Below, in pieces: positions 50,280 through 63,530 of a stretch of DNA of 64,000 nucleotides. The position numbers and the translations under genes are program-made. The notes beneath the pieces are model-generated. The model was not told the origin of the DNA. It searched no databases and worked only from the letters and a program-made list of their open reading frames with translations. This stretch comes from Ginglymostoma cirratum (lineage: Eukaryota), in assembly GCA_024137785.1 (NCBI GenBank), contig JAHRHZ010000140.1, positions 30,609,687-30,673,686 on the forward strand. Direction: 5' to 3'. How positions within the stretch are numbered: position 1 is the first letter of the stretch; every line of letters starts with the position of its first letter.

Positions 50280-51608
50280 TGTTATGACCAGATGAGGAGA
50301 GGGTAACAGCTCCCCCTCTTTTTTAACCCTCTCTCGGTCAATCACAACACATTTCCTTTTCAGCTGTTGCAATCCAATTTATATATATAGTCCACCAAAA
50401 AATGAGGAAGCCAACTACCAAAGTTTTACTGAGTGAAAGAAAGGAAAGTTTTATTCAATACTAGCCTTGAGAAAATTGTAAAAATACATGAAACACACAC
50501 AAACACAGCTAATAAATTTAACAGGGAGAGTGGCTGCTACAGGAAAATGAAAATTACATAGTTAAACAGTCGTTAGAGCCCTTGAGATATTAAGTTCTTA
50601 ATCTGTGACCACAGTTGCTTAACGATTTATTTGTATTCTCTGAATAATGGTATCATCATAGAAATCTTTGTGTTCTTAGTACATGATTGATTTTCTGACT
50701 TGATTTTTCACTGAGTGCATAAAGCTGAGATGACTGGTGAAACAAGAAGGAATGGAGAAGGTTTTAGCTTGTGTTGTCAGAATTAACTTTTCCTTGTCTC
50801 TTTTCTGTTTCTTAATAGAAATTATTGAAATACAGTTCAGTGTATTTTCCAGAGTATAGCTCCATTCAAGCCATCAATTTCTAGGATGCCTAAATGTTCA
50901 GTGAGCTTTTCATCTCCTAATATGTGAAACTAGATACACATTTGAATTACAGAGGATGCAGTTTTCCGGACATTGAAACAGTTGTGTAGTTTACATTTGG
51001 TTAGATAAAAAGGTAAATTCAGTGCAGATAGTTTCACTTATTCCATTTGGGTTTTTGGATGCTTTCCTGAATCTCTGGTTTGGTGGCCAGAGCAGGCATT
51101 TTAGGTCCATGCTTCTTCCTCCTAAAAAAAAATTTATTCACGCAAGGCCTTAGCTGTAATAATCAGATGATAGAAGTTAAAATTCAATAGTACGTTTTTA
51201 CCAGTACCATAGCAAAGGCCACATCCTGAACTCACTCTTGATTCTGCTGCTCCTCGTTTTCCCATGACCCCAACCTCTAGAATCTTCTTCACCTCGAAAC
51301 AACTAACTTTCCTGTTGGTGATCCTCCTTTCTGGGAATCTAGAGGGTGATGTTCTGGCAACAGGCATGACCCACACCGTGTTCTGGAATTGCCAGCCTCC
51401 TGGTCCAGTGTCTTGCTTCCAGAAAAACCCACTGGTAACCAATCAGTTGCCTGATTGCTGGAAGAACTGGCCAGCTTTTGTACCTTAGGAGGCCAGAGAT
51501 TTCCCACCTGGACACTCTCCCACTTTGGGATTTAGTCTGCAAATGAGAAAATCCCCATCTTTAGAGTTAATATTATAAAACTAAATCTTGTCTTAGTGTT
51601 TCCATAAT
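50280..51608. mobile_element. Possible solo LTR (~1.3 kb)
   Basis: Begins TGTTATGA and ends CATAAT (imperfect inverted termini); internal ttttatt. TSD not verified. Confidence 0.35.
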
Positions 51609-52139
51609 TTCATACTGTACTACTTATGTTTCAGGATAAGCACATTGATTGCGTTCAACTACCTATTTTAAAAGGTACTAATATTTTAAGTGTTAAATTG
51701 TTTTTCAAAATTTTGAAACATGTTTATTTTAGTATAATTTTACCGTCATTGTGTAAAGCTAATACTGGCAACTTAATAACATTTTGCAGGAATTTTAGGG
51801 AATTTTAGAATATTTGACCACAAAATTAAAACAAATGTCATGGGCAGAATTCTACAGAGTTTAGCAGCACAAGATTTAAAAATAAAATTAACATGGGAAG
51901 GTAGTGCCAAAGGATAAATGATTAAGTACATTAATCAGTATGCAATTGTTTTTCAAAATCTATTAACTTACCTATGTACAAAAGATGTACTTGTGCAATA
52001 AGATAATTTTGGATATAGTAGAACATTTGGGAAGAAAATCAATGGATGTTAAAGAAAATAAAGAGATTTTTAGGGTGTGCTTGTAACAGCCAAAATATAA
52101 ATGAAACCAGAGAACTTTAAGGGTGATAGACAAATCTGA

Positions 52140-52875
52140 GAGTGTATCAAAACTTTAAACTTGTTTTTCCTTCAGGTTTTCACTTCAGATTTTTAATATT
52201 ACTTTGAAGCTGAAAACTAATGTGTACGAGACCTGTCTGAGTTCATGACGATAATAGTAGGCCAAATTAACTCATTACAAAACTGAAAAACTTGAATATT
52301 CATAAAGTAACCGTGCCAGATGGAAAGCATCTCTGACTAATCAAATAAATTAAGGCCGATGGAAGGAATACAGAAATTGTGCAAAGCATAAGGACGATAG
52401 CTAACCTATCTAACTTAGCTAAAGACTGGAAAGTAACTAACATGATTCCAGTTTTTTAAAAAAGGTCAGAAGCATGATCCTGGGAATTAAGAGCCTGTTA
52501 GTTTGACATCTACAGTGGAAAAATTATTGGAGTCTATTATATAGGAAGCAATTGAAGTGCATCTAGCAAGAGTAAAAGCAATAAAAGCAATAAATCCAGC
52601 CAATGTAGGTTTGTGAAAGACAGATCACGACTAACAAATCTGCTGAATATTTTGGCGAATTGAACAGAGCTGTGAACAAAGCTCATGGATTTTTTACCCT
52701 GACTTTTAGTAAGCATTTACCAAGGTCTCTCACGAGACACATGACGAAAATGAAAATTTATGATTTGAGGCAGAAGTTAATTAATTTGGTGGAAACTACA
52801 AAATTGAGAGTATATATAAGTGGTAATAATTTTAGTTGGGCAGGTGTGACTAGTAGAATGTCCCAGGAGAATGAC
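52140..52875 (+). mobile_element. CR1-type LINE reverse transcriptase fragment
   Basis: DWKVTNMIPVF.KK..KHDPGN*EPVSLTSTVEKLLESII...SQCRFVKDRSRLTNLLN...FSKAF...VTSRMSQ. Confidence 0.8.
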
Positions 52876-54294
52876 AAGTAGAACATCCATGTTCAGTGAT
52901 AAGACTACAGTGTGTACAGTGTTCCAATGAGTACGATAGACATCAATAGAGAGACCCAGAAACCTGTCAAAAATGGTAATTCATATCTTGTACTGAAAAC
53001 ACAAGGCATCTTAGACAAATTAGCTAATTGGGGATGGGCAATAATGCTAGCATTGCTGGCGACACTCACATCCTGTGAATAAATATTGAATAAGTAACAA
53101 AGAATTGACTTGTAAGCAAATGTGCAACAGAGAGAAAAAGAAGTACAATAGCTGAATAAACAATGAAAGCGTAACAGTACGTGACATCAAGTGCCAAGCC
53201 AAATATAGTTATGCAGCTTTTTTTGTGGGATGGTATCTGATGGTGTACCTGGCATATGTTGGATTTGTCCTTGCCTTGTTATATTAAAATATTTTTGCTG
53301 AATGTACAAGATGAATAGAGCACTGTGAGAGAAACAGGCAAACCCATGTGTTTCTCCTTAACCAGTCAGACTGAAGAATTGAGAAATAAACAGAAGAAGA
53401 ACTGAAGAGGAGCATGAATTAAATCGGGTAAGTTCAATGCGAAATCTCTTGCAGAAAGAGAAATAAAGAAAAATGATTAGCTTATGAGAAAGAAGACAGG
53501 AAAATTCAAAAGATTTTACAATGTTTAGTTGTTTTTAATCAACCTGCTCAGACATGTTATGACAGCCTTCTGGAGCAGGTGGAAATTGAACACAGGGCTT
53601 CTTTATAATTATTACATAAAGAAGTCTTGAACAATATTGAGCAAGTGGTGGAATGACACGTAATGGTTAACTTTCTGCACAGGATAGGGCCATTAACAAT
53701 TATCACCTTGTTAAAAAGATAGTTAAGATTATAATGATTAGTTTCTTTGCCAACATTAGTACATATCACAAAAGTACAAGAACCTCACGGCATTCAATAC
53801 TATTCAATGATGAACTGCTTAGAACACAAGCTACTTCTGAAGGGCTGGGAAAATTCCAGTCTTGGGGTGTTGGAGCTGGCTGTTGCTACCTCCTTATGAT
53901 GTTTTCTGGAAATAGGCTCCCAGTGGTAATGTCTAGCTGCCTGGCAGTAGTGATGGTCAATACAAGCATATGAAAGCTCAATTAGTCCCTGTTTTGACAT
54001 GACAATGATATTTTCTGTAGATTGTATGTAGCCCTGATTGGATGCAGCTTGTGTCACAGAAGTTGAAATCAGTGCAGAAAGTCACAACACCATAGTTGGC
54101 GCATGTTTGGGTATTTTTGTAAAGGAAATAAATTGTGTTTTCAATTGGAAGTGCTTTGACTGAATGGGTTATGCTGGTTCCCAGCATTGCTTTCGCTCAC
54201 CACCTTAGGCTGTGTTCTCCTAATCCATATATCTGCATAACATACTCTATTCTCATTGTATAGAGTGGGGTCTCAGCAGAAAGCCCATCATATC

Positions 54295-54415
54295 TCCATC
54301 TCTCTTCAGTCCCGAAGAAGAGCCATTTTTAGACATGAAACATTAACTCTTGTTTCTTGCTCCACAGATGATGCTCGACCTGCTACATTTCTCCAGCATT
54401 CTCTGTTTCTATTCC
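54295..54415 (+). mobile_element. Degenerate PLE-derived element
   Basis: cagtcccgaagaagagcca...gaaacattaactc...ctccacagatgatgctcgacctgct...ctccagcattc. Confidence 0.65.
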
Positions 54416-56223
54416 ATTCTCAGAAGGTCATCCTTCCCTTTGGCCACTCTGGTTCTCCCACATTCAACGTCTAGTGAGATGAGGAATGTGGAGGTATCCT
54501 GTTAAATGGCTACCTCCTGTAAGATCACTTTGGAAGTGTATTGCTGACACAGTTAGGGTGGAAACCTGAACATGGTCCCGATATGTGAAAATCTTTCCAG
54601 TGGAGAAAAGTCTAGCCATGGAAATCACATTTTGAACACCACCGATCAGGTTTAATGGAATAAATGGTATCTGAATCATATAACTGTGTTGTTGAGTGAG
54701 CAGCCAAGTTTGGCCTGGTGTTCATGGAAAGTTTACTGAGTAGCCGCAATATTCAAGTGTTTAAATTAATAATGAACTTAGTAATATTATTATTCAAGTA
54801 AATTTGTATGGAAATGAAACTGAGTGAAGCCAAGACACAAATTCTGAGCTGGTGAAAATATGATTGCGTATAATTTAAGTAGTCACCTCTTCAGGTTTTC
54901 AATCATTAATTAGTGTCTTCTCCTCGATGCCATAAATGCCAACATAATTAAAAGCATTCAGTAGTGAAATTCCTGACTTTAAAAAGACAGAAAATGACCA
55001 ATACTTCCAATTTGGTGCCAAACTTGTATTAACATTTTGGAGAATCCATATAAATTACTGTGCATAATTTCAATGCAGACAGTGAAGACACTTCCAACTC
55101 TGTTTAAAATATTGTAGACTTGAACAGCTGAGATACAGAATTTACAGTGCTCTTTCCTGGATTTCCCTATCAATGGCTACTGTAGCCACCGAACTGAAAC
55201 TGATAATGATAATATTACTGCATCTTGCAGTATGTAAAGCAGATTAGTGATTTTTAAATACACACCATTATTTTGTCAACTATTTTAAGTACATATCCCT
55301 TTCTTAATGATATAAGCTATAAAACTATGTGTTGCCAACTCAAATAGAGGAACTTATGCAAACAATTTTTCACATTGAAGATTGTGGGTAATCCTGGCAC
55401 TTGATTCTATAATATTTGTATGCCCATTATTTTTACAGATCTACCGGTTTTGCAATAAATCTTTGATCTTACACTTGAATATCATGAAATTATTTGCATT
55501 TAAATTGTAAAGGAAACTATGAAATCTTTCATTAGTTGAAGTGAAAAGATGTGTGTAAGAAGACAAAATGAAGCAATTTCATTGATAAACAGAAATTAAT
55601 TATCAACAAGTCAGCTACTGTCTGAAATTTAGTTGATAATTGCATGGAAATTAGCATTATTATCTATGAGGTACGTTCTAAAAATTAACATAAATAGACC
55701 AAGTTAACAACGTGAGTAATATTTGTCAATCTTGAAGAACCTAATTTTAGCATAGCCCATAATGTGAAATTGTGAAATTGTGAAATTCATTTTAGAATAA
55801 TTGCCAATATAGGAAAAGAGGACTTTTCTGGATTTCAAAAGGAGGAAACACAAATACAACCAAAAATAATCTGAAACATTGTTCAGTTTCTTATCCAATA
55901 ATCTGAGTTAAAAGAATCAGCATGCTAAGTGCTATATCAGCTGGAGCCAAAAATAGGAGCCAAGTGGTAGGATAGAATGACTATAAATGCTTTCATCAAA
56001 TCATTGAAAGATTTGACATTGTTACAGAAAATACATCATAGATTTTCAGGCTAATCATTCGCAAGAATATCTCGATAGATGAATGTAAAAGAATGTGGCA
56101 TAAATTGTCTTTTTGATGTGCAGGTTAGTGATTTAATGAACTAACTCGGACAATATTTTGTGCAATATATTGAATACATAGAATAAGTGAACTTTGTTCA
56201 GATAAATTTTCATATAAAAAATG

Positions 56224-56385
56224 TAGAGTTGTCATAGTCTTACCAGACCCTATGGCTGCCCTTTATAGTTTAACCTGAGGTCCAGCATACCTCTGGCAAG
56301 GGCAGTACAGGAATTGAACCCAAGCTGTTGGCGTCAACAGGCATTGCAAACCAACTGTCCAGCCAACTGAGCTAACCGACACCCA
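56224..56385 (-). mobile_element. tRNA-derived SINE with internal deletions
   Basis: Minus-strand head gtcggttagctcagttggctggacagttggtttgc...gggttcaattcctg (A and B boxes); tail ggtctggtaagactatgacaactc. Confidence 0.75.
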
Positions 56386-56490
56386 AATTTTGATTTATGT
56401 TCATAGAGAATAATAGCCTTCAAGCAGCAATACAGGAGTCAGGGAAATGACTGAAGACAAAGTTAAATAGATAAGTTTTTGGAGACTTAA

Positions 56491-56797
56491 AGAATCATAG
56501 AATCCCTACAATGTGGAAACAGGCCCTTCAGCCTAACAAGTCTACATCAACCCTCAGAGCATCCCAGCCAGACCCATCCCCTATAACCCACCTCATTTAC
56601 ACATCCTTGAACACTATGTGCAATTTAGCATGGCCAATCCACCTGGCCTGCACATCTTTTGACTGTGGGAGGAAACCCACACAGACACAGGGAGAATGTG
56701 CAAACTCCACACGGACAGTTGCTTGAAGGTGGAATTGAACCCAGGTCCCTGGTACTGTGACGCAGCAGTCCCAACCATTGAGCCACCGTGCTTCCCC
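56491..56797 (-). mobile_element. HE1-type SINE
   Basis: agaatcatagaatccctaca tail through aaccattgagccaccgtgcttccc head. Confidence 0.92.
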
Positions 56798-56929
56798 AAG
56801 GTGAAGATAAATGTAACAGGAGAGTTAAGAGTGTCAGTGAGTGAGACTGAGACACCTGAAGGCTCTTCTCCTGGTGGTCAAAGAAAGACAACAAACAAAT
56901 AACACAAAAAAAACTTCAGACTGATTTAA

Positions 56930-57480
56930 CTGAAGTGTACAGGCTAGGGCATTGAGCTGGAGGAAGTTGTGGATGTAGAGAGGAGCGGAGCTGTAGATTA
57001 AACTGTAAATTGGAATGACACATAATAAAACATAGAATTAACAGAGGTTTACATGAAAGATCAATGAGTGAACAGAACATAGTGCAAGAAAGGCAGCTAA
57101 GAGCAGAGTTTTGAATGATTTTCTTGGTGTGTAGTGTAGGTGAAATAGCTGTGGAGCTCTGGTAAAACTGAACCTGTAACTAATGAAAGGGTGCATTCAG
57201 GATTCAAAAGGCAGAAGGCACATGTTAAAGCTGAAGCTACTCAACATTGTTCAAGTTAAAATCACACATTGTTTGGTTCAAACTAACTTAACAATGAGAG
57301 AAGAGAGGGCTCAGGTGAGGAGTCAGCATAAGGTATTAGTTGCAGGAGTTGAAAAGAGTGAGTTCGACTTTGACACATTTCAGTCAGAACAAAATCTGAT
57401 TCACCCGGAGATTTCCTGCACAAAATGTAATTTAACAATGTTTATAATGGAACTAAGATGATACGATGAGATGAAGTGTA
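56930..57480 (-). mobile_element. L2-type LINE fragment, old
   Basis: Loosely similar to 32480-32900 (gagtgaacagaacatagtgc...gcagagttttgaatga). Confidence 0.4.
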
Positions 57481-58049
57481 TGTGATGAAGCTCATATGGA
57501 TAGAAACTTCAGTGGAGAACAATTGGGCTGAATGGCTGGATTTCGAGTTATCCATGTAACACCATGGAGCTTCCGTGTAACATATAAATGAAGGAAAGTC
57601 TAGGGGTTAACAAGTCTGGGAATTGGAAGGGAGACTAAAGTAGCCATACAAAGATGACAGTCTATTTGACAGCAGAAATTTTGTAAGCTCCTTGAGTTGC
57701 ATTTGGAGATAAGAAGAAGGTGGTTAGAGAGAATTGGGACAGAAGATGAATTTAGCTATTGAGATGGAGAGTTCTGGACTATTTTCACTCTCAAGGATAA
57801 TTATGGTCTGGGTATACTTGGCAGAAGTGGGAGATCCTTTCTTGCTTGAAGTGCTCCAGCCAAGATGCAGAATGACATTCAAGAAACAGATTTAAGTTTT
57901 ATAATACCTTTCTACATAAGTTACAGTTAATTTCATTCTTATTTAAACAAAAAAGTCATCTGTAACCTTTACACGTAGTCTCAGTCATCAGCAGGTGCAC
58001 ATATATCTACAAAACATATACTTGAGGATACAGTTGTGGGCATTATATG

Positions 58050-58410
58050 AGGACAACAGCAGAGCAGGGAGATTACAACAGTGTTTAGCATCAAAATCAA
58101 ATACAATAGTGATGTTGAGTACCTTAACAAGACCAGAGATAGCATGACAGGGGAAAAGCCTGAGGAAAGGAAATTGAGCATTAGAAAGTTTTTGAGAACC
58201 CTGGGTGTCATGTGTTCCAAGGATGGATGGTGCAGGAGATTGAGCTGGATATTTATAGAAGAGAAATATTGAAAATGATCAGCAAGTCATCAGAAATTGC
58301 CTTATCGATATTCAGAACCGTGAAAATGGCACGGGGGCATGGCCTTACAAAGGAACAGGGGTAGTCTATTTAACCACTTATGTCTACCCTACAACTTTGT
58401 TAGATCAAGG
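58050..58410 (+). mobile_element. Old CR1 ORF2 fragment
   Basis: Weak match to the KSPGPD/YPR/IF and KKG..NYRP region. Confidence 0.35.
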
Positions 58411-60567
58411 TTGATCTAAAAATGATGAGTTTTAGTAAGGTCTGGCAGCAAGTATGGTGGCTGCAAATGGAATTGAGGTGAAAATTGAAATTGCTCTGGA
58501 TACAGAATTGATCAATGCAGAACCTAACAGTTGGAAATATTCGTGTGGGAAATGGTGACGTTCATGAGATATTGCTAGAGAAAAGAAAGCTAGAGTTTAA
58601 AAAGTGACAGAGAAACCAGCATTAAGCGAGAAACGGCTGGGACCTTATGAAAATTGAAGTGTTGTCAGTTCAGCTTGTGTGGGAGATTCAACAAAACAGA
58701 GTAAGGTTTAATGATTGGAAGGAATCACTTCCCTGAGCTGGGAAATAAATTCCTCAATGTGGCAATGAAGTGACAGTGGAAATTTGTAATTGGTGGGGGA
58801 TTTCACCAAGAGAAAAACTCAGCAGATTTCTAAACTTGTAGCATTGCTAAAGTGTCCAATGGCTCTGGAATGATCTCCCAGGTTAGTCTGAAATAACATT
58901 GCATTGATTCCAAGGTTTTCCTGTGGTTCATCACAGCAACCCAAGGTTGTCCATGAGAGTCTGTAAAATTGACATTTGCAGAATATTCATTCACTTAAAA
59001 TACTTGTATGCCACAGCCTGTGTCTGACAAGCTGGTTTCTGAGGAACATGGATAAGTAAAAATTGCGCTTTCAATTTTAACTCAAGTTAATTTCTGTTAG
59101 TTACTTAATATTTGTTAATAATGTTATAGACAATTTAAAAACAAAGTCTTTTTACTCCATGATACTTAACACAAAATTATTTCCTACTGTGCCTGTCTGA
59201 CTTACCAGCTTGTACACTGTTAGACTACACTGTATATCTTTCGCTATTCAACAATGCTCACTACTTTTTGCTAGATGCTGTTTCTCCTCCCTGCTGCTCT
59301 GCTCTTAATGCATCTTTTTACTGTTCTCCATTGCTGCACCTGCTTAACTGTATCCGCTGGTTCAGCCAATTATGGAGGGGTTACTACATAATAGACACTT
59401 TTAATTGAAGAGGCTAATAAGAATTCCAATGTAAATACACTTCAGGAACAGAATGTTAGGTGAGCAGTGAGGCTTAATCATTCTGTGATAAGTCTGAAGT
59501 TAACATCTCACCACCTATTTTCAATCTAAATAGAATCCATTGAATTGAATACATTTCCATGCTTCTTTATACAGCAATAGTCTGCTTTTAGTCTAGTTGT
59601 TTGATTGTTTATTTAAAGGTAAATCTCTTGATCAAACAAGCAACAGTCCAAATTTCTCTCTAATCCAACAGTAGCATCTGCTGCTTTTTGAGGTACAGAT
59701 GCTGAAAAAAAATTCTGAAAAAAATGCTTAATTATTTTGTTATGTTTTGCTGCTTTTTTTTGAATACTGTAAGAATTGCTTTCCAAATACAGGAAATATT
59801 GCAAAGTTTACAAAATAAGGGAGGACATAAATTACAAGGATTTTTAGCTAATTGGCACATGGAAATATAAAGCATAAAGAGAGTTAATCTTAAATTAATT
59901 TGACAAAGTACTAAAAAGAAAGAGTAAAATATATGATTTTTCAATCTTCCATTTCCCTTTCTCAGGCTGTGCATGTCATGCACCATTCCCCAGTCAAGCT
60001 GGCAACCTGCTTTCTAGCCTCTGCCAATATAACTTGCAAGTGAAAGAACAGCCTGAGCAACCCTCACTCTTATTTACCCTTCTTCCCTGTGGATAAGCAC
60101 TTGACATCCCTTGCCATCTCCCACTGATGGCTTGGATGAGATCAGTAACTCACCATGTGGGGAATCAAATTCCTCGCACTTCATGACACATCATATTGGA
60201 GTATCATCACGTGCTGTGTAATTGGATTTAACGCAGGAGTATTTGTGAGCAGAGTTATGCAGTATGGCAGAAGAACTACAAATGGCGAAGATTAATAAGT
60301 TTGTAAAGGTTCAGGGGTGAAAAAAACTCTTCATCTAAGGAATTTTCATATGTTTGATTTGATTGGAGGAACCAAATTAGGATATTAAATAATTGTTAAA
60401 ACTGACAAAGTGTAATCTTATTTGCCACCAGCTTGCAAGTCAGTTGTAAAATGATAAACAGCTGAAAAGTAAATTTATCCATATATCCAGAATGAGTCCA
60501 GCATAACTTTGTTTAATTAGTGCTCAAATAAGATGAGTGCTCTTGCATTTTCCTTATTATTAATTAG

Positions 60568-60763
60568 AGAATCGTAGAATCCCTAGAGTGTGGAAACAGG
60601 CCAATCGGCCCAATATGTCACACTGCCTCTCTGAAGAGCATCCTACCCAGACCCAGCTCCCTACCCTTTTTCTGTAACCCTTCATTTCCCATCGCTAATC
60701 CAACCAATTTACACATCCCGGATACTATTAGTATGGATACTATTAGGCAATTTAGCATGGCCA
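60568..60763 (-). mobile_element. HE1-type SINE 3' half
   Basis: agaatcgtagaatccctagagtgtggaaacagg...caatttagcatggcc; internal duplication of ggatactattag. Confidence 0.88.
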
Positions 60764-61527
60764 CTGATCTCCTATGATGCCAGATGTGAACTTAATCTGA
60801 GAAGGATAAAAACTGTATAATCTTCACCATTTTGAAGAGTTCCTGCTTATATAGATATTATTTTCAATTCCTTTAATCTGTAATATTGTGCTACAAGCCT
60901 TGAAATACGGACATGATTAGATACTAAGTACTATGATATCAAGTCCAGATTGAATTACTTTCTTAAATGACTTGGTGGTTTAGGGGTAATAATTTGCTCT
61001 TCTAGACAACCACAGTCTTGCATTGGTCATTTACCATAGCAACCATTTCTGCAGAGATTGAAGAAATATGTGAGCACATGTCCTATACTGGGGAATTGAG
61101 GTTAAGCAGACCAATTGAAGAATTTCCTGCTGCAGTGAACAGCATTGTTACTCTTCAATTAGAGCTTCACAATACATAAGAAACACATTCCTTTCCTGAA
61201 GAAAATAGGCATATTTTCAGTTTAAAAAAATATATATGTATCCAGCTTCACCTCAGGCTGAAGGAACTGCAGTACAAATCATTATGTTGGCCTGTCTCGT
61301 TGGAATAAACTCAATCATAAAGATCTGATCAGTTGAGTGTGAAGGGATGGTCAAGAGCCAGCATGTACTAAATCCAACAGGTACGATCAAATCAACATTT
61401 AAATTGAGCAAACAATTTATTGCCATATCAAGGAAAAGTGGTTATGGGAATTCTAGAAAATGCCCATTTTAACCTTAAATAATTGTTTTCAGATTTTTTA
61501 ATGTAACCAATCTGTTATGGTTTGGCA

Positions 61528-61801
61528 TCTGTAGGTAAGGTATAGAGTTAAATAGGTGTTATAGTTATTAACTGCAATGTTTGATACTACCTCAATAATA
61601 CTGTATGCTTTAGCATTATTAAAAATCTTCCAATACGCAATTTGTCAAATGCATTTTGAAAATGCCCTAACATTCATTGCACTTACTTAAGTATATATCG
61701 GAAGATTTTTAATAATACTAAAGCATATAGTATTATTGGGGTAGTATCGAGCATCACAGTTAATGACTATAATGGTTATTTAACTCTGTCTTACCAACAG
61801 A
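61528..61801. repeat. Long imperfect inverted repeat (~105-bp arms, ~60-bp spacer)
   Basis: The left arm 61528-61635 aligns to the reverse complement of 61696-61801 with ~15 substitutions and one 2-nt indel. Confidence 0.92.
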
Positions 61802-63009
61802 CTTTGCATTCGCTGCATTTACTTAATTGCACATAGGTTCAGAGAAGTGTATTTATGAGTGAAAACATGAAAAGTCTGTCAGTATGTTTAATTAGAAAGA
61901 CTAGACAGTGATAAAGAAACAACAGAAAAATGGAAAGGGTATTGATAGATTAGTTCCTTGGTATTTCTTTGGAATTTCCTGGACTTTCTCCAAAACAGAG
62001 AACCGATGATTAGCTATGCTAATAAGGTGAACAGGAATTGTTCTGACCATGTCCAATCATTGTACCTGCATAGGTCCAAAAATGCAATCATTTTGAGGGA
62101 CATCTGATAAAGTGTGCTTTTCTCTATGCTTTTGCTTAATACTGCTACTGGCATAGTTGGATACTTCCACCTAGCATTTCTGAGCTTTGCAAACACTATT
62201 ACAAAGGCTGGCTCCTTATCCTAGTGTAAGGTTCTTTCACTCTTTCAGTCCCGTAACACTCATTATTTACATTTATATATTGAACGTTGTTGAAACACCT
62301 TTTTAAGGTAGAGTCCAAAATCTTCATTTATATGCTTCCTTTTAGTCTGGTGCTCGCTTCTCTTCTTTCAGCCTGCTCTTCTGGTCTCAGAGTAAGATCA
62401 TCAGTTACATCATCATCATTTGTATATTCCATTATGCTATATCTTCATCCATGTTTCTCTTTTACTCATTTTACATAATTCCAATAATTTGCCTTTAATA
62501 ACTTACATAGTTGATTTTAGAATTAACATCATTATTAGCATCTACCTCACTCTGAAATTCTGAATCAAACAAGTTGAGATGATCTGGACTTCTGATTGGA
62601 CACCTTGATTTGATTTGCTTTATTTCCATATGAGGGTGACATTTCTCTGCCATTCCTGGAATTGTGTCCCTTTGGTGTGGTATTCAATGCAGAATGGATG
62701 CGTCTTTCCTAGTTCTATGATAATTGTGCTTGGTCTCACTTCTTGGCTTCACTAAGATCAAGGCTTTCCTATGTCTCCTGAATATTCCTTCTGGTATTTG
62801 AACTATATAAGAGCTAGGTTGATTTGTCCTCCATAGATGTTTTACATCTATTTTTACTGTGCCGTACCAAACTTATTCCTGCCTGTCAGCTTCAGTGCAT
62901 TGAAAGTACTTGGAGCATCTGAGGAATTTATATTTGTAGGATAAAGTGAAGAGAGTGGGGATAATTCCATGAATATTATACTATTTCAAGTAGCAGGTGT
63001 TGGCGATCT

Positions 63010-63162
63010 GAGACAAACACAGAAAGAGCTGGAGAAACTCAGCAGGTCTGGCAGCAGCTGTGAAGAGAAACGCAGAGTTAAGGGTCACTGGATTTGAAAT
63101 GTTAACACTGTTTCTCTCAGCACAGCACAGATGCTGTGTTTTGTCAGCACTTTCTGTTTCGT
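63010..63162. mobile_element. Palindromic PLE-derived element, degenerate
   Basis: gctggagaaactcagcaggtctggcagc...gagttaagggtcactggatttgaaatgttaac...tttctctc...cacagatgctg. Confidence 0.75.
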
Positions 63163-63392
63163 GAATATTTGCTATCAGAAAATTAGGTAACAGAAAATGT
63201 GTTGAGTGGTCATTGGATTTTCAGGGCACATGAATCGTGATTTTCAATCATGAGTCAAACATCGGCACAGCACGTACCTACATTTCTGAAATGCATTGCC
63301 AGCTGTGATGCTCCCCACCAGCGATGTAACCTCATAGAATTACCCATGTGAAGGGCTGCATTCTTTAATGAGGAAAGAGATATATACATTTC

Positions 63393-63530
63393 TAGGTTAT
63401 AAACAGGTATGGGGAGGAAGTGGGAACATGGAATTGAAATAGGTGTTTAGTTATGATCCTACTGACTGGAGAAGCAGGCTTGAAGGGCTGAATGGCCTTA
63501 CTCCTGCTCCTAGTTTCTGTGTTTCTTTGT
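63393..63530 (+). mobile_element. CR1-type LINE 3' tail
   Basis: ggagaagcaggcttgaagggctgaatggccttactcctgctcctagtttctgtgtttct. Confidence 0.75.

Noticed and set aside
1287-60763. SINE heads as tRNA genes; SINE orientation bias (6 minus, 3 plus)
   Set aside because: The heads are fused to SINE bodies and lack a full cloverleaf; nine copies are too few to infer host strand.
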